Below, in pieces: positions 37,001 to 44,607 of a DNA stretch of 64,000 bases. The DNA comes from a virus: positions 19,804-83,803 of the IMG/VR virus record IMGVR_UViG_3300038443_001578; one strand, written 5' to 3'. Below the pieces are notes generated by a model. It did no database searches. It was given only the letters and a program-made list of their open reading frames with translations, and was not told where the DNA came from. Numbering within the stretch: position 1 is the first letter of the stretch; each line of letters begins with the position of its first letter. Made by a program: the position numbers and the translations under genes.

Positions 37001-39358
37001 GCGCCAGCCGATAGTGATGAGTTGCGAGATCAAGCTGACGCGAAACTAAAGGACGCGGAACTCGACTCGAAGAAGGCAGAGGATGCACATCAATGGTTCA
37101 TCGATCAGTACAACCGCACTGGCGATGAGCGCAACTTAATTTGGGCCGGGCAGGCTCTAGCGAAACGTAAACGTGCTCAGATCCGTGAGGCGTTAGCCAA
37201 AGCTGGTGTCGATGCGACGAAAAAGACGCCGATGCCGGGTTCAGCATCGGCCCAACTTACCGCAGATAAATACGAAATCGATCAGCAGTTCAAACGTGAC
37301 CAACAGTCGTTGCAGGACCTTATTGCGGGTGGCAGCCCGAAGGAACTTCGCAAGCAGGCGCGCGACCTCTCTATCCTCGGCCTGCAGTCCAATCTCACAG
37401 CATACGAATCGTCGCGATCTATTCTCGAAAACACATTCTCGCGCACCGGTGATGCCAGCCTAATTGCGCCAATTCGCGCCAACCTACAAAGTTCGGCTCG
37501 TACTCAGCGACAAATGATCTGGACTAGGGCCGCCCAAGAGGTCGACGACGCAGGGGGCGACAAGGACAAGGTTCGTGCCATTAACCATAAGCGAGATGTC
37601 GACATCGCGGCTAATCGTGTTGAACTGTCTCGGCAATTGGTGGAACTCGACGACAAGGAGAATGATCTCAGGGCTAAGGGACTGGAGTTATCCAAGTCGG
37701 AAACCGGACAGACAATTCAGCGCATGCAGTCCGAAGCCGAGACGTCGAAAAGCTACGATAAAAAACTCTCGCTCTTAGAGCTAATCCGGCTCGCGCAGCA
37801 GAAGGAGATCGAACAGCAATACCAAATCGATGTCACGAATGCGCACAGTGATAAGCTTCTTCTTCAGAAGGCTAAGGATGACCGGAAGGCCGCCTTGGAC
37901 CAGGTCGACCTACAGTATCAGGCGGCGAAGGACAGCACGATCGACGATAAGCTGAAGTCTCGCGCGGAATTACTTCGAGCACAGGCTGATCAAGCGGCAA
38001 CATTGGCGGAAAGGCTCAGGCTTGTGACCGAGTATTACACGGTAATGCTTTCGCAACCTGGACTGACCGATGCAGAGAGCCGCATGCTGCTTCTTGAGGC
38101 TGCTCAAGCAACCGGTGACCTTCGCCGCAAAGACGCCTATCAAGGCATAATGCTGAACATTACTTCGGCACTTCAGCCCGGCGGTGCTAACCCTTACGCA
38201 AAGCGAGCCCTCGACCTTTCGCTCGATCAGTTACGAGATAAGCAGGTGATGGTGGGTACTGACGAGGAGCGCGCGCAAAGCCGAGGGGATATGCTGCAGA
38301 TCCTCGGTAATCCGGATGTTCAGAAACTGGCCGGCACTTCAGACATCCTCGCCCGGCTCAAGGCATTGCGGGCTTTGGAAGTGTCGCCCGATGAGACAAA
38401 GGCTGTCGATGAGATTATCGATCAGTTAACGAAGAAAACCAACCGATCGGACGTACTGCGTCAGGTCGGCGATAACATCACGGCCGCACTGGTCCAAGGC
38501 GCCGGACAGGCGAGTGGCGATTTCGTTCATGCGCTCTTGCACGGTCCAGGCTCGAAGGACGCGCTCAAGTCATTCACGGCTATGCTCACGGATGCCGCGG
38601 AGAACGCGCTTAGCGGCGGGGTGGATACACTGGTACAGGGCGGACTAAAGGACATCGGGTCGCTCTTCACCCATCATGTCGTCTTAGCTAAAAAAGCGAC
38701 CGGCGATATGAAGCAGAACGCCAGCGAAACCAAAGATGCCGTTGACCATTCGACTATCGCAACGAATGCGGCGGCGACCGGTATCAAAGACGCCGGTAAA
38801 GTCATGGATGCGTCAGGCAAGGCGGCCAAAGTCTCGATGGAGGAGGGTGCCGGCGCGATTATGATGGCGGTCAGCCAATTGATGGCGGGGGGCAATGCCA
38901 AAAAGCAGCAGAACTCGGCTATCGGCGGCATTCTCGGCATGGCGATCAGTCTGGCGATTCCCGGCGCTGGCACTGCAGGCCTTATGCTCGGCGGAGGCAT
39001 TGGTTCATTGCTGGGCGGCCTCTTCGCTGACGGCGGCTATCCTCCGGTTGGTAAGATGTCCATCGTCGGCGAACGCGGCCCCGAAGCGATCGTGCCCATG
39101 GGACCGGTGAAGGTGCTCAGCAACCGAGAATTGCGCATGATGAACGCGCCGGCACCGATTGCTACGAATGGCTCGGAGCGCGGTGGCGGCCTCATGTCGG
39201 TTCTCGGATCGTTGCATGCGCATGCCGCGAATGCCGGCCGTCCGATCGAGATCAATCAGAACATCGGATCAGTTGATAGTCAGGTCGACTTAGAATCTTC
39301 ATATCGTTCACTCGGCAAGCTTCTTGAGAACGCGATCCGTATGCCGATCCCGGTTTAG
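34088..39358 (+). CDS. Tape measure protein (TP901-type core) with internal CHAP-like domain
   Basis: 1756 aa, Ala-rich helical; core ...AAAQGNMTLQE...; C-terminal FADGG.P..G....VGERGPE. Confidence 0.92.
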   Translation: MANKNQVTVKVNVAGNDTSAGKITALGASLKAAIREVEADSKRMTAITQQQVKAAEQSAKASIAVARAKEANAKAVAAELRAEAALNQAIVAEIRVKKELEAVGVSVAKASESASRTLLNEAKTRKELANAELAEGRIAKAAAQEKVEGERKVEAAVKQRIAAENRQQRDENYVSRSRILAENRQHRDENYAIRSGQVVAEKRSQVTGIVSTGAMVGGAAILAGLDAVGQQAAKFDSAMLTIRNNTTMTARDFDLMRETVLKLGKDTGASTDELAQGFMHIVNLGIPDVVKNTANAVTILNAATVAAIGTNTSAAETANILAKALKEFGLQSGEAARVMGVLHRAAAQGNMTLQEFDAAAGPMLSVAAALGVKVEDAAAAFSALTRHGYDATQAATQVRDVFQHLMNPTSGVRKELEHLTKATGVDLVDDFTAAGIKAKGLTGIFLDLAQATKGHADEVYKLIPALRGGQGAMVLASTASKDMTDILKDLMSVRGQDLRQLTGYNDMHGTLANSVARLNNQFLELYTKYGPPVIAVLKDIASGASSIADALNSVDPETRKAIVYFGLFAGGLLTVGGAIGNAIVGFREFRNLLVGARLASTFGEITTAAEAATTAEVATATAGTAAFAVGAPYLLAIAGVIAAVVAIKKAWDEADDAQRKYAAKKATDFASTHTMDVRTNVNNQIGLNNAEIAQRQGELARLQADSRLIRDPSSGRIIPRPNRGLASGVTNSDSVAWEQKRIAALQADANAMTADAQTLSDLQNKRRSLALAISAAEKEEKDNSAKIAFYKKHLRETKGPYSDAAAEIERLTQRNMAVESDRLKNQKALTALPVSAAPMYSGKLLSEAADETRKTFKKLRNECGNFVDALVKLRTGKAFSVGANEKNGADAPLNAQGIGPAGTVYHVRTSKKEGHWFTSEEGPNGVMMAVQDFNGRVRTDIPVADMLKKFPLISAKLGPGAGPATASIKGAAPADSDELRDQADAKLKDAELDSKKAEDAHQWFIDQYNRTGDERNLIWAGQALAKRKRAQIREALAKAGVDATKKTPMPGSASAQLTADKYEIDQQFKRDQQSLQDLIAGGSPKELRKQARDLSILGLQSNLTAYESSRSILENTFSRTGDASLIAPIRANLQSSARTQRQMIWTRAAQEVDDAGGDKDKVRAINHKRDVDIAANRVELSRQLVELDDKENDLRAKGLELSKSETGQTIQRMQSEAETSKSYDKKLSLLELIRLAQQKEIEQQYQIDVTNAHSDKLLLQKAKDDRKAALDQVDLQYQAAKDSTIDDKLKSRAELLRAQADQAATLAERLRLVTEYYTVMLSQPGLTDAESRMLLLEAAQATGDLRRKDAYQGIMLNITSALQPGGANPYAKRALDLSLDQLRDKQVMVGTDEERAQSRGDMLQILGNPDVQKLAGTSDILARLKALRALEVSPDETKAVDEIIDQLTKKTNRSDVLRQVGDNITAALVQGAGQASGDFVHALLHGPGSKDALKSFTAMLTDAAENALSGGVDTLVQGGLKDIGSLFTHHVVLAKKATGDMKQNASETKDAVDHSTIATNAAATGIKDAGKVMDASGKAAKVSMEEGAGAIMMAVSQLMAGGNAKKQQNSAIGGILGMAISLAIPGAGTAGLMLGGGIGSLLGGLFADGGYPPVGKMSIVGERGPEAIVPMGPVKVLSNRELRMMNAPAPIATNGSERGGGLMSVLGSLHAHAANAGRPIEINQNIGSVDSQVDLESSYRSLGKLLENAIRMPIPV

Positions 39359-39418
39359 TGAAGGGAAACTGCAACCGCTCGTTGAATTAACCGTCCCATA
39401 TAATAGGAGGACGCTGCA

Positions 39419-40027
39419 ATGTCAAAGACAATTATTGATTTGAGGATACTTCTAGTGGCGCTAGTGGTCGCAATTGCATTTGCGCTCGATACAACTTCGT
39501 GCTTTGCAGATGAGGCAGGTGCCGATAAATCAAAGCAGATTCCCAATATTGAATCTTCAATCAATTCGAACGGTATATTGTATGTTCGTGACAGCAACAT
39601 GCTGACAACAGACGACTCACCAACTTATGTCGAAGCCTTTACGCTTACTTACCCTATAAGTAAAGCACCTATGGAAAAGGGGTTTCGAATCACTGTACGT
39701 TCAAAAGATAACGATGTTGATGATTCTGCCAGTTGTTACTTGGATTATGATGAGGCAAAAGCTTTATCGGCCGCATTGAAATACTTGGGGCAGCTTACGG
39801 TAGATTGGCGCGGAAGATCCGATATTGGGTCGAAAGAGGCCGTTTTTAAAACACTTGGTGGATACAGTATAGCCTTGACGCATAATGCGGATGGCAAGCA
39901 TCAAGATGCGGTCGAAATTGGTGTTGAAGGGATTCACACCGTAGCCCATAAATGCAGCGACGCTGAATTTCTTGACTTGGCATCGATAATTGATGATGGT
40001 CTTAAGTGGCTTGACAATCGGAAGTGA
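39419..40027 (+). CDS. AT-richer exported protein (moron-like)
   Basis: Hydrophobic N-terminus, AGGAGG RBS, visibly lower GC than flanking genes. Confidence 0.7.
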   Translation: MSKTIIDLRILLVALVVAIAFALDTTSCFADEAGADKSKQIPNIESSINSNGILYVRDSNMLTTDDSPTYVEAFTLTYPISKAPMEKGFRITVRSKDNDVDDSASCYLDYDEAKALSAALKYLGQLTVDWRGRSDIGSKEAVFKTLGGYSIALTHNADGKHQDAVEIGVEGIHTVAHKCSDAEFLDLASIIDDGLKWLDNRK

Positions 40028-40079
40028 TCTAGCGACAAACACAACCCTCGGAAGAACATCCGAGAGTTGCGTATGGAGA

Positions 40080-40190
40080 ATGCCCTCAGAAAATCCAAGG
40101 GCATCCGCGCCAGAACTTGCCGCGACTCGCCTTGCCGAAACCCGACTTGCCGAAACCCGACTTGCCCCACCTGGCCAGGCCTGCCATGCC
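40080..40190 (-). ncRNA. Minus-strand G(G/T)Y-NN pentamer array ending in a hairpin (putative guide-like RNA)
   Basis: GGCA followed by 15 in-phase pentamers, then hairpin ATGCCCT...AGGGCAT. Confidence 0.6.
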
Positions 40191-40239
40191 TATTGGATCT
40201 AGCCGATCCAGTTGTCGACTGCCGCAAAGAGCGGCGTCA

Positions 40240-40381
40240 GTTATGGCGCGGCGAGCTTTGGCAGGCAAGGTACGGCAAGTCACGGCGGTGTATGTTCAGG
40301 TTCGGCGTGGCAGGTTTTGGCAGGCGAGGCGAGTCCGGCCTAGGCGCGGTATGTTGCGTCGAGTTGTGGCAACGCTAGGCA
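40240..40381 (+). ncRNA. Plus-strand G(G/T)Y-NN pentamer array (putative guide-like RNAs)
   Basis: Two exact 59-nt units (11 pentamers + GGCA) at 40264-40322 and 40323-40381, plus a short upstream unit. Confidence 0.65.
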
Positions 40382-40384
40382 GAC

Positions 40385-40423
40385 GAAAGGCTCTTCATCT
40401 TCGGATGGAGGGCCTTTCTTATT
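40385..40423 (+). terminator. Hairpin/terminator closing the plus-strand array
   Basis: GAAAGGCTCTTCATC-TTCG-GATGGAGGGCCTTTC-TTATT. Confidence 0.7.
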
Positions 40424-40434
40424 GAGGTTTCGAG

Positions 40435-41184
40435 ATGCCAACATTTTTCGTGAATTCCTTCGGCGCATACTCGTTCGGAAACAACCTGGCGAAGATCACC
40501 ACGACGGCTAATTGGCGTGATCGGACCGCGGAACGTCCCAACCGCGGCGGCAAGTTCAGCGCAGGGCCAATTTTTTCAAGCCTATCGTGTGTGTTGGATG
40601 GCGTTTTGACAGGCGCGAGCAGCTCACCACAGGACATGCGGGACGCTATCGACGCGCTTGCTGCGGCGTTCGCACTGGGGAAATCTGCTCAGCTAAAAAT
40701 TGACGATGACCGGTATCTTAATGTTGAAGTTCGTTCATTTGGCTACGCAGAAGGGTGGAAGGGCTTGCCTTATCTACCATGGACGGCAAGCCTTGAATCG
40801 TATGACGATCCTCCGATATGGGACGTCGCCTCAACGAGCGTATCGAGTCTCCTGACCGATGGCTCCGCAAACAATTTCACCTGTGCAGGCAGCGGAACAG
40901 CCCAACCGATCATTACGATCGCTTTTAGCGCAGCACCCTCCGGGTCGACGTGCACAATCACCGATCAGCTTGGCAACCAGTTCGTCATCAGTCCGGATGC
41001 GGCTACCACGTTCGTGGTCGATTCCACGCAGGAGACGGTGACGGTTGGCGGGGTCGATAAGTCGAGCGTTTGCACAGGTGTATTCCCACTTTGTCCGGCC
41101 GGCGCGAACGACCTGACGATTGTTTTATCCGGTGGCGCCACGGTGTCGAGTGCTAGCCTGTCGTATCAAGCCAGAAGATACTAA
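40435..41184 (+). CDS. Distal tail protein (Dit-like)
   Basis: Position after TMP; L.IDDDRY, FP....G.N.L, .Y..RY ending. Confidence 0.75.
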   Translation: MPTFFVNSFGAYSFGNNLAKITTTANWRDRTAERPNRGGKFSAGPIFSSLSCVLDGVLTGASSSPQDMRDAIDALAAAFALGKSAQLKIDDDRYLNVEVRSFGYAEGWKGLPYLPWTASLESYDDPPIWDVASTSVSSLLTDGSANNFTCAGSGTAQPIITIAFSAAPSGSTCTITDQLGNQFVISPDAATTFVVDSTQETVTVGGVDKSSVCTGVFPLCPAGANDLTIVLSGGATVSSASLSYQARRY

Positions 41185-41196
41185 TAGAAACTCTCC

Positions 41197-41227
41197 AGCC
41201 CTGCCTCAAATCGAGGCGGGGCTTTTT
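41197..41227 (+). terminator. Intrinsic terminator
   Basis: AGCCCTGCCTC...GAGGCGGGGCT followed by a T-run. Confidence 0.75.
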
Positions 41228-41235
41228 GATTCACC

Positions 41236-44200
41236 ATGTCACTCCCCACGGACCTCAGAATTAAGATCACGAGCGCGGACGGCTCGATTGATCGGCTCGT
41301 GCCGCAATCGAAGCTCTTTACGCCTTCATGGTCCATCGAGCGCTATGGCGGTTACGGCGAGTTCAGCCTGCCGACCGGGCTTGATTACCGCACGTTCACC
41401 CGTGTTCAGCAGGGCGACATGGTCGAGGTCTACTTCCAGGGCGTGCGCAAGTACCGCGGATACGTCACGGAACGGAAGCGGAGCAACGACAACCCGCGAA
41501 AACTCAGCCTGAGTGCCTACGGGGCGGCCTTCTGGCTACGGAAGGTGCCGGTTTCAAAAACGTACGCCTTCCCAGCCGGGGCAACCGACGTGTCAGTGGC
41601 TTTCGCTCAGTTCTGCAACGACTTCCTGCTCGGCAACGTCGGGCCGGGCGGTATCCAACTCGCTTACAGTGTTCAGGCGGAAACGATCGGCACGACGATC
41701 CTCAATCTCGATGCCCGTTACAAGTCCGCCGGAGACGTGCTTGATGCGATCATCGGCGAAACCGGCAACCTCGCGGTGTGGGGAGTCGATGTCGACTCCG
41801 AGGGTTACAATCGCATCTATCTGCGCCCCTTCTCTGATACGACACCGCCGAACAACCCAGACTTCGTTATCTTCGCCCCTGGCATCAACGTTGAAGCCTC
41901 CGAAGGACCGGAGACGATTGCCGACGTCGTAAACGCAGTGATCGTGCAGGGCGGCGCAGCTAAGTTCCCTCAGCTTCTGCACAACGGCAATTTCGAGCTC
42001 CCGGTCTACCAGAACGACGGCGCCGGCAACATGGTACTCAACGGTGGTTTCGAATCGGGAGGTTTCCATGTCGCCGACGATTGGACGCTGGCGAACGGCG
42101 CGTCAGTCGAGAGCGGGAAAAACCAGTCGCCGGCGCGCGCAGTCGCGTTCGAAGGATCGCGGTACCTCGAGCTCGACCACGTGAGCGAGAATGCCGTGCA
42201 GAATGGGACAGGGACGTGGGCGGCCGGGCACAACTACGTATTTTCTTGCCAGATGGCTAAGGAAGTCGATCAACAGTCTCTTTCCGGGCATGCGCGCCTA
42301 ATCATCAAGGACGGCACGAGCGCTGTCGTCTTCGATTCCGGCAGTGTGACCATGCAGCCGCCGGGCCAGGACTGGGAATACTTCTCGATCCCATTCACCT
42401 TTCCGACGAGCGGCTTTACGGCAGGTTCCGGGACGTTCCAGATCACCTTCAACCTGGATTCGATTACCGCCTTCGGCGGCCAGCAAGGCGGCCTCATTAT
42501 CGATGCGGTCGAATTACAAGACGTCTCCGTCGTTTATCAGGACGGATGGGAGATCCAGGCGACCGGCGACGCGGTGATTAACAGTGTTAATTGGGTGTGC
42601 CAGGAGAGCTACGAGGGGGCGTACTCCCTGTATGTCGATGGCTCGACGTTCGCCGATGCGGATGCTCGCGATGTTGAGATTATTCCTGCATCTGGCCAGG
42701 TGTCGAACAACTATCAGAACACAAATAAGGTCAAGGTGCAGACGGGTCAATCCCTGCGCTTCGCCGGATGGTTCAAGTCCCCAAGCTTTCCGAGCATTCA
42801 CCCTAATTTCCCGGCCCTCCTGCTCATTTTCGATTGGCTGGACAGCAGCTCCAATTTCCTCTCGCAGAGCCGGAACGAGATCGCCGCTCCGGGCGGTCAG
42901 ATTACGCAGTGGACGTATTACGAGCTGAACGCCACGGCGCCGACGAACGCCGTCTATTGCCTGCCTCGCGCTATTCTGCGATCGACCGGGTCGATATTGA
43001 TGGATGCGCTCTCAATCCGAGACAGTCAGGCGCCGCCGATGGCGCTCCTTACGACGTCTGTCACGAACACAAACGGAACCGGGACCGTCGCCTCTCTAAT
43101 CGTCTACAACATGTATCAGTACACCGTGTTCACGACCACAACAGCTCTCTCCGTCGGTGACACGGTGCTGTTTACTTCCGGGGCTGCTTCGGGAAAGACG
43201 GGCGTCGTCGTCAATGCTCCGCTTGTAAGCGGCTCCTACCACGTCTACATCAACCAGAAGTTGACGACGGGGCCATCCGCCGGGGATTCGTTCTCGTATA
43301 CGCGCAACACCGGAGGAACAACAACCTCGGCAACAAGCGGAAGCACGACCGCGATCGGAAACTACCTGCCCGAAGGCAATCTACAGTTCATCATCAGTTG
43401 CGACGATCCGTATCTGGCTCAGGTGTGGTGGCCATCACAGGGGAACCCGAGCAGCGCGCCACCGTCGACGAGCACGGTTAGCGCTCCAACGACGGCGGTA
43501 ACTCTGTCGGCTGCAACGCCTACCTCTCCGACGAACCTCGCGGCCGGCACCTACACCGTCGGCTATACCGTCACGATCGGAGGCATCGAGAGCACGGTCG
43601 GCGGAACGGCCAGCATCACGATCACCGAAGGGCAAGAGATCCTGGCGACGGTGTCCAGCCTGCCAGGCGGAACGACGCTGGTCAAGTATTACGTCAATCC
43701 GGCATATGTCCCGATCGGAGCCTCATCGGCGAGCAAACCCTACTATTTCGCGGCAGTGGCCGCCAACGGCTCGCAGGTGACGATAACGACCTTCTTGAGC
43801 GTCCCGTCGTACTTTTTCAGCCAGATGCTCTACGGCGTGCAGTGCGATACCGTCAGCGACACGAACATCATCGACCTTACGGGCGCCATGTCGGTCGCCG
43901 ATGCTGTCTTCCGCGCGAAGTCGCAGCCTGTGTATCGACCAACGGCAACCCTTGACGGCGATACCCGCGCATTCTGGCCCGGCAACAGCGTAAGCCTGCA
44001 GGGGACGGACGGACCATCGATTAGCGGGGCGATGCTGCCGATCGTGCGCATCCGCCAGACGCACGACGGCATACTCAAGACGACGCTCGAGCTCGAGCGA
44101 GAACAACCTGATATTTCGATCACGCTCAAGAAGTTGTTCCTGCAGCTCCTCCGGTCGCAGGGGGTTGCCGCGGGAGGCGCGAGCTTCGGATCGGCAGGAA

Positions 44201-44598
44201 GCTATAACAACCCCTCGAATGGCGGCGGCGGAGGATCAAGTTCTGGAAATGGCATCGTTGTGACCGATGGGACGAACACCGTCAACGGAACCACGAAGAT
44301 CAAGTTCCTGACAGGTACCGTGAGCAACCCGTCGACCGGCGAGGCGGATTACACAATCACTTTGCCAAACTTCGCCGACGACGAGAACCTCGACAGCGCG
44401 ATCGGAACATCTGGCTTTACTCTCGCGCACACCCCGAATCCCGTGGGATCGCTGCGCCTTGTCGCCTATGACGCGAACGGCAGTGGCACGGAGCTTTTGA
44501 AGGATGTCGCCTATACGCTCACCGGGGTGGCCGGTACGTTCGTCACGTCGCTTGATGCGACCGACGTTAAGAAACTTCGGGCTTGGTATCGGTACTGA
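41236..44598 (+). CDS. Tail tip hub protein with carbohydrate-binding-like and Ig-like insertions
   Basis: Hub-like N-terminus (GG.G.FS.....GD.VEVY....YRGYV); nested LL.NG.FE CBM-like modules. Confidence 0.75.
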   Translation: MSLPTDLRIKITSADGSIDRLVPQSKLFTPSWSIERYGGYGEFSLPTGLDYRTFTRVQQGDMVEVYFQGVRKYRGYVTERKRSNDNPRKLSLSAYGAAFWLRKVPVSKTYAFPAGATDVSVAFAQFCNDFLLGNVGPGGIQLAYSVQAETIGTTILNLDARYKSAGDVLDAIIGETGNLAVWGVDVDSEGYNRIYLRPFSDTTPPNNPDFVIFAPGINVEASEGPETIADVVNAVIVQGGAAKFPQLLHNGNFELPVYQNDGAGNMVLNGGFESGGFHVADDWTLANGASVESGKNQSPARAVAFEGSRYLELDHVSENAVQNGTGTWAAGHNYVFSCQMAKEVDQQSLSGHARLIIKDGTSAVVFDSGSVTMQPPGQDWEYFSIPFTFPTSGFTAGSGTFQITFNLDSITAFGGQQGGLIIDAVELQDVSVVYQDGWEIQATGDAVINSVNWVCQESYEGAYSLYVDGSTFADADARDVEIIPASGQVSNNYQNTNKVKVQTGQSLRFAGWFKSPSFPSIHPNFPALLLIFDWLDSSSNFLSQSRNEIAAPGGQITQWTYYELNATAPTNAVYCLPRAILRSTGSILMDALSIRDSQAPPMALLTTSVTNTNGTGTVASLIVYNMYQYTVFTTTTALSVGDTVLFTSGAASGKTGVVVNAPLVSGSYHVYINQKLTTGPSAGDSFSYTRNTGGTTTSATSGSTTAIGNYLPEGNLQFIISCDDPYLAQVWWPSQGNPSSAPPSTSTVSAPTTAVTLSAATPTSPTNLAAGTYTVGYTVTIGGIESTVGGTASITITEGQEILATVSSLPGGTTLVKYYVNPAYVPIGASSASKPYYFAAVAANGSQVTITTFLSVPSYFFSQMLYGVQCDTVSDTNIIDLTGAMSVADAVFRAKSQPVYRPTATLDGDTRAFWPGNSVSLQGTDGPSISGAMLPIVRIRQTHDGILKTTLELEREQPDISITLKKLFLQLLRSQGVAAGGASFGSAGSYNNPSNGGGGGSSSGNGIVVTDGTNTVNGTTKIKFLTGTVSNPSTGEADYTITLPNFADDENLDSAIGTSGFTLAHTPNPVGSLRLVAYDANGSGTELLKDVAYTLTGVAGTFVTSLDATDVKKLRAWYRY

Positions 44599-44607
44599 GG
44601 ATAATCC

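Noticed and set aside
38537-38572. Partial gapped match of the minus-array NN code to the TMP segment encoding LHGPGSKDALKS
   Set aside because: Only about 16 of 24 specified bases match, and only after collapsing the duplication; a rough binomial estimate says such a hit is expected by chance in a window of this size.
40067-40425. ORFs spanning the pentamer arrays (PCRNPTCRNPTC, LPKPDLPKPDL)
   Set aside because: No RBS, and all frames give low-complexity peptides; a period of 5 with 4-nt punctuation is not codon-compatible, so the DNA/RNA pattern explains the ORFs.
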